Source of the DNA: an uncultured Candidatus Entotheonella sp.
GTDB lineage: Bacteria; Tectomicrobia; Entotheonellia; Entotheonellales; Entotheonellaceae
Length of the DNA: 64,000 bases
Direction: 5' to 3'
Assembly: GCA_965217185.1 (NCBI GenBank)
Contig: OZ244252.1
Location: 4,000,001-4,064,000, forward strand
The notes beneath the pieces are model-generated. The model was given only the letters and a program-made list of their open reading frames with translations, had not been told where the DNA came from and made no database searches. Positions 1 through 9,500 of this stretch are shown in pieces (the first letter of the stretch is position 1; every line of letters starts with the position of its first letter). The translations under genes were made by a program, and so were the position numbers.

Positions 1-1490
1 TGGCGACGTTCCTGCTTTCCCTGGTGGCGCTGAGCAATTTTGATGGGTCGACGCACAAGATGCAGTTGGCGGAGTACCATAGCTGGATTCCCTCCATCGG
101 CGTCGCCTACTTCCTCGGCATCGACGGCCTGAGCATTCTGCTGGTGCTGCTCACCACCCTGCTGTCCATCCTCGTGGTGCTGTGCTCATTCAACGCCATT
201 CACGACATGGAGAAGGCGTATTACAGCTGCCTGCTGTTCCTCGAAACCGGCATGCTGGGCGTCTTCATGGCGCTGGACTTCTTCCTGTTCTACATCTTCT
301 GGGAGATCATGCTGGTGCCGATGTACTTCCTGATCGGCATCTGGGGGCACGGACGGAAGCTGTACTCGGCGATCAAGTTCTTCCTCTACACGCTGTTTGG
401 CTCCGTGTTCATGCTGCTGGGCATCCTGGCGCTCTACTCCTTCAACAGCAACGGCGACTACGGCACCGGCGAACTGACGTTCAACATCATTGAGCTGATC
501 AACAACGTGCGGGTGCCGACCGAGCCTATTTTCGTCGGGCTGTCGTCGCAGGACCTGATCTTCCTGGCGCTGTTCCTCGGCTTTGCCATCAAGGTGCCGA
601 TGTTCCCGTTCCACACCTGGCTGCCCGACGCGCATACCGACGCGCCGACGGCCGGCAGCGTCGTGCTGGCTGGCGTGCTGCTGAAGATGGGCACCTACGG
701 CTTCGTGCGCTTCAGCCTGCCATTGCTGCCGACGGCCAGCCACAACATGGTCGGGTTCATGGCTACGCTGGCGATCATCGGCATCCTGTACGGCGCCCTG
801 GTGGCCATGGCGCAGCGCGACATGAAGCGCCTCATCGCGTATTCCAGCGTCAGCCACATGGGCTTCTTGATGCTCGGCATCTTCGCCCTCAACCCCGAGG
901 GCGTGACCGGCGGCGTCATCCAGATGATCAACCACGGCATCAGCACCGGCGCGCTGTTCCTGCTGGTCGGCATCATCTACGAGCGGCGCCACACGCGCGA
1001 AATCGCGGCGTTCAGCGGCCTGGCGACGACGGTGCCCATCTTCGCAGTGTTCTTCGCCATCACCATGTTCTCGTCCATCGGCCTGCCGGGCCTGAACGGC
1101 TTCGTGGGCGAGTTCCTCATCCTCGTCGGCATGTTCAAGGCAAACGTTGCCTACGCCACGCTGGCGGTGCTCGGCATCATCCTGGGGGCGGCCTACATGC
1201 TGTGGCTCTACCAGCGCACCATGTTCGGCGAGGCCACGACGCCCGAGAACCAGACCATGAAGGACATGAACTTCCGCGAGATCGGCTACATGCTGCCGCT
1301 GGTGATCCTGATGTTCTGGATCGGCCTCTACCCGCGTCCGTACCTCAACCTGATGCGCCCGACCGTGGATCACTACGTCACCCAGATGCAGGAGCGCCAC
1401 ATGGCCGAGCGCCATGACCCGCAACGGGCGACGCGGCAGGCATCGCACGACGACGAGGCGGACATCGCCGCGCCCGCGGAGGACCGCTGA
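1..1490 (+). CDS. nuoM: NADH-quinone oxidoreductase subunit M (5' end lies outside the window)
   Basis: Multi-TM protein with FWEIMLVPMYFLIG, KVPMFPFHTWLPDAH, LLKMGTYG and LIAYSSVSHMG motifs; frame is open back to base 3; followed by nuoN. Confidence 0.96.
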   Translation, partial: ATFLLSLVALSNFDGSTHKMQLAEYHSWIPSIGVAYFLGIDGLSILLVLLTTLLSILVVLCSFNAIHDMEKAYYSCLLFLETGMLGVFMALDFFLFYIFWEIMLVPMYFLIGIWGHGRKLYSAIKFFLYTLFGSVFMLLGILALYSFNSNGDYGTGELTFNIIELINNVRVPTEPIFVGLSSQDLIFLALFLGFAIKVPMFPFHTWLPDAHTDAPTAGSVVLAGVLLKMGTYGFVRFSLPLLPTASHNMVGFMATLAIIGILYGALVAMAQRDMKRLIAYSSVSHMGFLMLGIFALNPEGVTGGVIQMINHGISTGALFLLVGIIYERRHTREIAAFSGLATTVPIFAVFFAITMFSSIGLPGLNGFVGEFLILVGMFKANVAYATLAVLGIILGAAYMLWLYQRTMFGEATTPENQTMKDMNFREIGYMLPLVILMFWIGLYPRPYLNLMRPTVDHYVTQMQERHMAERHDPQRATRQASHDDEADIAAPAEDR

Positions 1491-1492
1491 TC

Positions 1493-2953
1493 ATGGCGAT
1501 ACCCGCTCCGCCGCTGTCTGAAGTTCTGGCTCTGTGGCCGGAAATCCTGCTTTCCGTGGCAGCTTGCGCAATGTTGGTCATCGACCTGTTGACGGGCCGC
1601 GACCGCAAGGCGGACATCGGCTGGGTGTGCCTCGGCGTCGTTGTGCTGGCACTGGTGGGCACCCTCCTGCACCCGCCGCAGGCCGGCAGCATTTTTTCCG
1701 GCATGTTTCTGGCGGACGGCTACGCGGCGTTCTTCAAGGTGCTGTTCCTGATCGCCGCCGCGTTGACCGTGCTGATATCCCTGCGCTATCTGGATGACGA
1801 GGGCATTCAGGGGGGGGAATACTACGCCCTGCTGCTGTTCGCCACCGTCGGCATGATGTTCATGGCGGGCGGCGGCGACTTCATCAGCATCTACCTGGGG
1901 CTGGAGCTGATGTCGCTGTCGACCTACGTGCTGGTAGGCTTCATCCGCCGTGATGGCGCCTCGACCGAGGGGGCGGTGAAGTACTTCCTGATGGGTGCGT
2001 TTACGTCGGGGATTCTGCTCTACGGCCTGGCGTTGCTCTACGGCCTGACCGGCAGCACCAACCTGGCGGCGGTGGCGCAGAGCCTGTCGGGTCTGTCGCT
2101 GGACAACCCGGCGCTGGTGCTGGCGACGATTTTGGTGGTGGTGGGGTTCGGCTTCAAGATCGCCGCGGTGCCGTTCCACATGTGGGTGCCCGACACCTAT
2201 GAAGGGGCGCCGACCTCCATCACGGCGTTCATGTCGTCCGCAGTTAAGGCGGCGGCCATGGCGGGTCTGGTGCGGGTGTTCATCGTCGCCCTGTTTCCCA
2301 GCGCGGAAATTTGGGAAATGCTGTGGTGGATTCTCGCCGCCCTCAGCATGATTCTCGGCAACGTGGTGGCCATCGCCCAGACAAGCCTGAAGCGCATGCT
2401 GGCCTACTCGAGCATTTCGCACGCCGGCTACGCCCTGATCGGCGTGGTGGCGGCGACGCAGGCACGCGAGGTCGGGCTGACCGGGGCGCTGTTCTACATG
2501 TTTGTGTATCTGTTCGCCACCATGGGCACCTTCAGCATGGTGATCCTGCTGACCCACCGGGGCTTCCGCAGCGACAAGATCGCCGACTTCGCCGGCCTCG
2601 GCCGCAGCGCTCCGCTGGCGGCCTTCGTCTACATCATCTTCTTCCTGTCCCTGGCGGGCATCCCGCCCACCGCCGGTTTCGTCGGCAAGCTGGTCGTCTT
2701 CCGCGCCGCCATCGAGTCCGGCTACATCGTCCTCGCTGTCATCGGCGTCGCCACTAGCGCCATCGCCGCCTATTACTACTTCATGGTCATCAAGACGATG
2801 TTCATGGAAGAGGCGGTGGTGCAACCCCAACTCTCCCCCTCCCGCCCCCTCGCCGTCGGCCTCGGCATCATGGTCGTCGCCACCGTGCTGCTCGGCCTGT
2901 TCCCTGCCGTTGTCCTCGATGCGGTCACCGAGTCGGTCAAGCTGTTGCAATAG
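1493..2953 (+). CDS. nuoN: NADH-quinone oxidoreductase subunit N
   Basis: GLELMSL, EGAVKYF, FKIAAVPFHMWVPDTYEGAPT and KRMLAYSSISHAGY motifs; directly after nuoM. Confidence 0.96.
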   Translation: MAIPAPPLSEVLALWPEILLSVAACAMLVIDLLTGRDRKADIGWVCLGVVVLALVGTLLHPPQAGSIFSGMFLADGYAAFFKVLFLIAAALTVLISLRYLDDEGIQGGEYYALLLFATVGMMFMAGGGDFISIYLGLELMSLSTYVLVGFIRRDGASTEGAVKYFLMGAFTSGILLYGLALLYGLTGSTNLAAVAQSLSGLSLDNPALVLATILVVVGFGFKIAAVPFHMWVPDTYEGAPTSITAFMSSAVKAAAMAGLVRVFIVALFPSAEIWEMLWWILAALSMILGNVVAIAQTSLKRMLAYSSISHAGYALIGVVAATQAREVGLTGALFYMFVYLFATMGTFSMVILLTHRGFRSDKIADFAGLGRSAPLAAFVYIIFFLSLAGIPPTAGFVGKLVVFRAAIESGYIVLAVIGVATSAIAAYYYFMVIKTMFMEEAVVQPQLSPSRPLAVGLGIMVVATVLLGLFPAVVLDAVTESVKLLQ

Positions 2954-2958
2954 GCCCC

Positions 2959-3121
2959 TTACTTGGTGGCATCCAATTTGTTCAACTGCCCAGACCATTC
3001 CAGGATGCGCTGATCGGCGGTGACAAGCTGATGTCCGGCCAGTGCGGTGCCCACGATAATGCGGTCAGCCGGGTCACCGTTCAGGTCACGAAATCAGTGC
3101 GTGTGTATCAAGCAGAATCAT
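2959..3121 (-). pseudogene. vapC: VapC/PIN toxin with a large internal deletion
   Basis: ATG overlaps the antitoxin stop (ATGA); reads MILLDTHALIS*, then in another frame DLNGDPADRIIVGTALAGHQLVTADQRILEW...ATK*: PIN N- and C-terminal motifs with the middle missing. Confidence 0.8.
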
Positions 3122-3399
3122 GGATTCAGCACACGATGCGGATGGGTCTCGGCCTCCCATTCAACGTCAATTGGCGCCATAATGTCACCCAGCACTCTGA
3201 TCCTGCCTTGGTCTCGCCCGAATGGCGCCTTCGGTTTTGCGCGGTAAGGGGCAAGCCGTGATACGGGCCGGCCGTTCTTGGTGATAATGATCTCCTCGCC
3301 GCTTTCCGCCACTTCGTCCATAAGCTTCAGGCACTTGGCCTTGAACTCCGATGCCTTGATAGTGCGGAGTCCCGCCGGTTTATTGTCTTTCGTTGCCAC
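3118..3399 (-). CDS. Phd/YefM family antitoxin
   Basis: IKASEFKAKCLKLMDEVAESGEEIIITKNGRPVSRL is the typical Phd/YefM N-terminus; GGAG RBS. Confidence 0.9.
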   Translation of the reverse strand: MATKDNKPAGLRTIKASEFKAKCLKLMDEVAESGEEIIITKNGRPVSRLAPYRAKPKAPFGRDQGRIRVLGDIMAPIDVEWEAETHPHRVLNP

Positions 3400-3444
3400 G
3401 GCTCACTCTCCATACGGCTTTGTGACGATGCCTTGACGTGGTCC

Positions 3445-3461
3445 TGACCATGGTCATAGTA
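3445..3461 (-). promoter_or_regulatory. TA promoter -10 (TACTAT) abutting a 12-bp palindromic operator TGACCATGGTCA
   Basis: Perfect palindrome at 3445-3456 next to minus-strand TACTAT (3456-3461), upstream of the antitoxin. Confidence 0.6.
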
Positions 3462-3510
3462 CCGTGATGTTCGGCCTTTGTCCTGTCGCCGTTCAGGTTG
3501 CCGTCAAAAT

Positions 3511-3640
3511 CCGCCGGCACGGTTACCTTCGGGGCTGAGGTCATTGACCCAATTGGCTTGACGGATGGTCTCGAAGTTGCGGGGTTCGGCGACGAGGATG
3601 TTGCCGCCCTCGATCAGGAGGGATTGCAGGAGGTTTATAG
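3511..3640 (-). pseudogene. Decayed fragment of a uvrA 3' end
   Basis: Translates LLQSLLIEGGNILVAEPRNFETIRQANWVNDLSPEGNRAGG versus [40 protein letters not shown] in uvrA; DNA aligns by eye to 27750-27870. Confidence 0.75.
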
Positions 3641-3656
3641 CGTGTGTCTTGGGACG

Positions 3657-5210
3657 TCAACGCCTCCCGGCCCGCATCGTCCATGACGGGGAGGAGCGAG
3701 TTGACGTCCGCCGACCGATTGCCACTTGGTCCGGTGGGCCCCGATGGCCCGATATCGTCAAGGGGAAATCGTGCGCGGCGGTGATCCACTTCCAGTCCTT
3801 CGAGCAGGGCTGGCCGATTTCCCGGCACGGCCCGCCGGTCTTGAGGACGAGGGTCACGTCCCCGATGCCGTCGGGCTGGACCGTAATATCCCAAAGGGTG
3901 CCGTTACGGGTGCCGTCGCGGCGCGGCACGGGTCGCGTTCTGACGACCGTGCCGCCCGTTGTCCCCTCGAAGGCGCGCATGATCCTCAGGTAGCTGTTGT
4001 GCAACTCCGCGTTGAACCGGACGCGCACGTCAAACAGGTTTGAGCCGTCGTGCCAATCGGGCGAGTCGATGATGGTCGCCGTGACGCCGTCGGTGAGGAA
4101 CGGTATCGCCCTGTCGTTCCACGCCTTGATCCATGATCCGCTCCGCACCTCGTGGACCCAGTTCCCGACCCTCAACTCGTCCTTCGAGCAGAGCAGGTCG
4201 GGCAGGTCGCAGTGGCCGCCGGTCACAAGTCCAAGGGTCACGTCGCCGTCGCCGTCGGGCTTAATGTAGATATCCCATTCCTCTCCCTCCGGCTCTGCGC
4301 CGTCGGCGCGCCACACGCACCGAGTCTCGGTAATCGTTCCGCCGGTCGTCTCCGCCGCGAACGCGCGGGCGACCGCCTCGGCGTTGTTCTGGAGCACCTT
4401 GCTGAACCGGACGCGCACCCTGAACAGGCTCGATCCGTCATGAAACGCGGACCCGCCGACGACTTTCGCCGTGATGGCGGGAACCAGGAGGCGGACCGCC
4501 ACCTCATCGCCGTCGGACCAGTTCAGGCCCGGATTGTCCCACTCGTGTCTGCCGGGTGTTGCGCTGTAGTACCTGGAATTGTTGCTTACCGTAAATCGCG
4601 TTCCGCCCAGGTCGAATACCGCGCCGGTGGGCAATTCGTTGCTTGCGACGATGCTCAGTTGCTGGTGGGCGGGGGATATGGCGCTGCCGCTTCGTGTCCA
4701 ATAGGCGAGGCGGGAAACGGCGTAATCCATGCCGTTGAGCCTGAAGCCGTCGTTGGTGATGCCCCCCAAAGCACGTGCGCTTCTGTCAGGGTCGTATCCG
4801 TAGGTCGTGAAGGTGACGTCAGGGTTCTTGCGGGATGCCGCTTCCACCCCCACCGTGATTGTTGCGGACCACACTTCGACCCATGACGGGTCTTGGGCAT
4901 GCGCCCACAGGGTTGGCATGGTGAGGAAGACCGCCAGGAGACCGGCCGCGACGCCTGACGCCGGGAGAGAGAGCGTGCGCAAGCGTCTGACCGGCCGGTT
5001 CTGGCGGCCTCCAGAGACGGGCGCTGCCGGTACGTCGGAGGGATTGAACCTACCGGCAGAGCGCCCGCTGCGAACAGGTGGGTGGGATGAATGATTTGTG
5101 CTCAGGCCATCGTCGGATACCCGGTGGTTGATGAGACCGACGTTGTGGACCGCGGATGTCGAACCCTCTGCACCGCCAACGGCAGCCTTTGCTATCGCGT
5201 TTCTGTTCAT
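3657..5210 (-). CDS. Secreted modular surface protein with two Cys-pair beta-rich repeat domains; C-terminus possibly frameshifted
   Basis: Extended N-terminus ending in a hydrophobic stretch and AHA-Q cleavage site; two HDGS.LF.VRVRF...W.I..P...GDVTL...C.....C repeats; sigma54 promoter upstream. Confidence 0.7.
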   Translation of the reverse strand: MNRNAIAKAAVGGAEGSTSAVHNVGLINHRVSDDGLSTNHSSHPPVRSGRSAGRFNPSDVPAAPVSGGRQNRPVRRLRTLSLPASGVAAGLLAVFLTMPTLWAHAQDPSWVEVWSATITVGVEAASRKNPDVTFTTYGYDPDRSARALGGITNDGFRLNGMDYAVSRLAYWTRSGSAISPAHQQLSIVASNELPTGAVFDLGGTRFTVSNNSRYYSATPGRHEWDNPGLNWSDGDEVAVRLLVPAITAKVVGGSAFHDGSSLFRVRVRFSKVLQNNAEAVARAFAAETTGGTITETRCVWRADGAEPEGEEWDIYIKPDGDGDVTLGLVTGGHCDLPDLLCSKDELRVGNWVHEVRSGSWIKAWNDRAIPFLTDGVTATIIDSPDWHDGSNLFDVRVRFNAELHNSYLRIMRAFEGTTGGTVVRTRPVPRRDGTRNGTLWDITVQPDGIGDVTLVLKTGGPCREIGQPCSKDWKWITAAHDFPLTISGHRGPPDQVAIGRRTSTRSSPSWTMRAGRR

Positions 5211-5275
5211 GTTCCACCTACAGCCTTGATTCCAGGTTATGTTGATAAAGTTGCTCTGGCAGGCAGGTTATTAGC

Positions 5276-5545
5276 GCATAATCCGTGCCAAATTCTTTGA
5301 GGACCGATAAGTCCTTCATGAAAAAGACGTTAGAGGATAAAGGCGGGAAAATAAAAGAATTATGTGATGCTGCAAAATGCAACGGCGAAGAAGCGCTGGC
5401 GGGGAGGCGAGAATCGTCTAACTCTATGAAATTTTGGTGCTTATGGTGTGATTTCCGGGAAAGCCGGTGGAATGTGCTGATCTGCAACACTGTTGCGCTT
5501 TGCAATAAACGCCCGGGTCCAACAGAAAGGCCGTTGTTCCGGTGA
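5276..5545 (-). promoter_or_regulatory. sigma54 promoter/enhancer cassette, copy 1
   Basis: Minus-strand TTGGCACGGATTATGC (GG-N10-GC) at 5276-5291; IHF-like AT boxes; GTTGCA-N3-TGCAAC-like palindromes at ~5368 and ~5491. Confidence 0.85.
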
Positions 5546-5579
5546 AGCGCGTGCAAGCTGGATAGCCTAGGCAACCACA

Positions 5580-5962
5580 AAAATCTTGGTTTGAAAGGAT
5601 GAAAGGGGAGTGAGAGAGGGGAAGTATTGCAGACAGTGCCAAGGACCCTTCAGCGACCAGGCCCCGACAACTCCGAAAGCGACAGCACCAGCCGCACCAG
5701 CTCCGCCTGACGCGAGATGCCATGCTTGTCGTAGACCTGCTTCAGAAGCCAGTACACGGTGTTTGCCTGGCGGCGCGTCGCCACCGCTATGTCGCGCACC
5801 GTCTTGCCCTCGGCCAAGAGGGTCGCCACCTGGCTCTCGGAAGGCGTCAGCTCCAGGGCCGCCGCCACCAGGTCCGAGTCGATTCTCGGCCGGCTTCCCG
5901 GGTCGACCGCCAGCACCAGCGCCGCGATGGGCCTAAGGCCAAAGTCCATCTGGCGCGCGGGC
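5580..5962 (-). pseudogene. Duplicated 3' part and downstream flank of the LuxR-type regulator gene
   Basis: Near-identical to 15913-16294 (ARQMDFGLRP...LTPSESQVATLLAEGKTVRDIA...ELVRLVLSL); lacks the N-terminal three quarters. Confidence 0.85.
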
Positions 5963-6010
5963 TTCCAGGCCGCCAAGCGGAACCCTACGGGCAAGACGCC
6001 CGCGCTCCCA
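5951..6010. repeat. REP-like inverted repeat (TGGGAGCGCGGGCGTCTTGCCCG type)
   Basis: tggcgcgcgggc...gggcaagacgcccgcgctccca imperfect palindrome at the breakpoint of the luxR duplicate. Confidence 0.5.
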
Positions 6011-6091
6011 GCAAGGCGTCGCTATTCACAAACGCACGCTAGAGCATTTCCGTATCTGATTGCATCAGGGAGATATTCCCCGGCCCAGATG

Positions 6092-6126
6092 CCCCCCAAC
6101 CCTCTCCCACCAGGGGGGAGGGAGGA
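6092..6126. repeat. REP-like CCCCCAACCCTCTCCC...GGGGGAGGG element
   Basis: Similar to the element at 45919-45958. Confidence 0.5.
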
Positions 6127-6243
6127 AACCCTTTGGCGTTGGAGGGCTAAATCTGCTCCCCTCCCCGCTACTCCCCGCCTTTTCACGACCCTTTCCGATC
6201 CCCCGATATCTCCTATATGGGAGGGATTACAGTTTTTCTATTC

Positions 6244-6253
6244 TGTGTATAAT
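6244..6253 (+). promoter_or_regulatory. Extended -10 promoter (TGTGTATAAT), candidate promoter for the giant adhesin
   Basis: Exact TRTG-TATAAT in an AT-rich patch ~320 bp upstream of the start. Confidence 0.45.
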
Positions 6254-6573
6254 GCGCCTCCGGCGCACGAGACTCACAGACCGGTGACGACGGCGGTGCT
6301 GGCCGGCGGGTTTGGATACACGGTTGGTCACGGCAACGATGTGATCAGAGATTCTGCTGGCGGGGAAGACCGCATCCATCTCACGAACGGAGGAGCACAA
6401 CGTGTCTGGCAGGGTCAGCGCGACAGGCAATGTGACGGCAGGAAGTTCGGCTACGGGCGAGGTCGAAACTGCGAACGGCTTTGCACGTGAAGAGGAGCGG
6501 GCCATGCAGGCACGGCGCCTCAGCGGCATGTCCGGGAGGCCCTGGGCCGCCCTTCATTAGAAGGAGACCTATC

Positions 6574-9500
6574 GTGAAAAACTTAGCTTCTATCGCTTTA
6601 GCGATCGCCGTGCTCTGCGTCGCCAACTACGCTGGCGCACACGACACAAGCGGACACAACGCCAGAACTTCTCACGCAGCAAGTATACGTCACTCATGGC
6701 ACGACCACGATAAGGATAGTGATACGATATGGTTCAATTTTGCTTTTGAGGTTATAGACCCTGTTGGTAGTGACGACGGCCTCCGTGACGATGACGACAG
6801 AACCTTCGACCGCTGGAGAGACCGCGACCCAGACGTCGCAGAAGACGTAGTAGACGAAAGCGCGATCTTAGAAGACAGCCCGATCTACAACGAGGATGAG
6901 GATGATGCCGGAAGGGTAAGACAAACCTGGTATATGCCACATATTCATTGGAACCATGAGCATCCAGCGCCGGCGGCGCCGGGCGCGCCGACGGTGTCGG
7001 CGACCGCGGGCTCGACGACGAGCCTGGACGTGAGCTGGACGGCGCCGGGGAACACGGGCAAGCCGGCGATCACGAGCTATGACCTGCGCTACCGCGTGGG
7101 CAGCAGCGGAAGCTGGACCGACGGCCCGCAGGACGAGACGGGGACCACCGCGGCGATCAGCGCCCTGACGGCGGGCACCGAGTACCAGGTGCAGGTGCGC
7201 GCCAGCAACGACGAGGGCGACAGCGGCTGGTCGGCCGCCGGCACGGGTAGCACGTCCGGGCCGGCGAACAACGCGCCGGTATTTTCCGACGCCACGCTGA
7301 CGCGCAGCGTGGCGGAGAACACGGGGGCGAACCAGAACGTCGGCGCGGGGATCCCCGCGGCGATGGACGCCGACGGCGACAGCCTGACCTACACGATGGA
7401 GGGCGCGGACGCGGCCTCGTTCACGTTCGACGCGTCGGCCCGGCGGATCAAGACCAAGACGGGGGTGAGCTACGACCACGAGGCGAAGTCCAGCTACGCG
7501 GTGACGATCAGGGTCTCGGACGGCGCCGCCAGCGGCACGGTCGCCGTGACCATCGATGTGACCGACGTGAACGAGCCGCCGGAGATATCGGGGCAGGAGA
7601 GCCTCTCGTTCACCGAGAACCAGGCCACGGAGCTGGTCCTGACCACCTACACGGCGACGGACCCCGAGGACCCGAATGCCTCGATAACGCGCTGGAGCCT
7701 GACGGGTACCGACGCCGGCGACTTCACCATCGACGAGAGCGGCCAGCTGACCTTCCGGAACGTGCCGGACTACGAGCGTCCCGCCGACTCGGGCAGGGAC
7801 AACATTTACACCTTCTCGGTTCGGGCCTCCGACGGGCGGTACTACGGCTACCTGGAGGTCACCGTTACGGTGGAGGACGTGAACGAGCCTCCGGCGGTGA
7901 CGGGCACCGACACCTTCACCTACAGGGAGAACGGCACGGCAACGCTGCACACCTTCCGGGTCACGGACCCCGAAGGGAGCAGTATCGAATGGTCGCTGTC
8001 GGGGCCCGACGACGACGACTTCGCCATCAGTGAGACGGGCGTGCTCAGCTTCGCCAGCCCCCCGAACTACGAGAGCCCCACCGACTCGGGCAGTGACAAC
8101 GTCTACGAGGTGACGGTGGAGGCCCGTGACGACGGCTCCAACTCCGGCACGCTGGAGGTGGTGGTCACCGTGACGGACGTGGACGAGGGTCCGGAGATAT
8201 CGGGGCGGCAGAGCCTCTCGTTCACGGAGAACCAGGCCACGGACCGGGTGCTGGCCACCTACACGGCGACGGACCCCGAGGACCCGAGTGCCTCGATAAC
8301 GCGCTGGAGCCTGACGGGAACCGATGCCGGGGACTTCGCCATCAGTGAGACGGGCGTGCTCAGCTTCGCCAGCCCCCCGAACCACGAGAACCCCAACGAC
8401 TCGGGCAGGGACAACGTCTACAACCTGTCGGTGCGGGCCTCCGACGGGCGGTACTACGGCTACCTGGAGGTGACGGTCACCGTCACGGACGAGGACGAGC
8501 TACCGGTGGTCACGGGCACGATTACCTTCACCTATAGGGAGAACGGCACGGCCGCCCTGCACACCTTCCGGGCCACGGACCCCGAAGGGAGCAGTATCGA
8601 ATGGTCGCTGTCGGGGCCCGACGGCGACGACTTCGCCATCAGTGAGACGGGCGTGCTCAGCTTCGCCAGCCCCCCGAACTACGAGAGCCCCAACGACTCG
8701 GGAAGGGACAACGTCTACAACCTGTCGGTGCGGGCCTCCGACGGGCGGTACTACGGCTACCTGGAGGTCACCGTTACGGTGGAGGACGTGAACGAGCCGC
8801 CGGCGGTGACGGGCACCAGCACCTTCACCTACAGGGAGAACGGCACGGCCGCCCTGCACACCTTCCGGGCCACGGACCCCGAAGGGAGCAGTATCGAATG
8901 GTCGCTGTCGGGGCCCGACGCCGGCGACTTCACCATCAGTGAGACGGGCGTGCTCAGCTTCGCCAGCCCCCCGAACTACGAGAGCCCCACCGACTCGGGC
9001 AGTGACAACGTCTACGCGGTGACGGTGGTGGCCCGTGACGACGCCTCCAACTCCGGCACCCTGGACGTGGTGGTAACCGTAACCGACCAGAACGAGGGGC
9101 CGGAGATATCGGGGCAGCAGAGCCTCTCGTTCACGGAGAACCAGGCCACGGACCGGGTGCTGGCCACCTACACGGCGACGGACCCTGAGGACCCGAGTGC
9201 CTCGATAACGCGCTGGAGCCTGACGGGTACCGACGCCGGGGACTTCACCATCGACGAGAGCGGCCAGCTGACCTTCCGGAACGTGCCGGACCACGAGCGT
9301 CCCGCCGACTCGGGCAGGGACAACGTCTACAACCTGTCGGTGCGGGCCTCCGACGGGCGGTACTACGGCTACCTGGAGGTCACCGTTACGGTGGAGGACG
9401 TGAACGAGCCGCCGGCGGTGACGGGCACCAGCACCTTCACCTACAGGGAGAACGGCACGGCCGCCCTGCACACCTTCCGGGCCACGGACCCCGAAGGGAG

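Noticed and set aside
6320..6390. GYTVGHGNDVIRDSAGGEDRIHL peptide resembling an RTX C-terminus
   Set aside because: Too short to call; at most a relic
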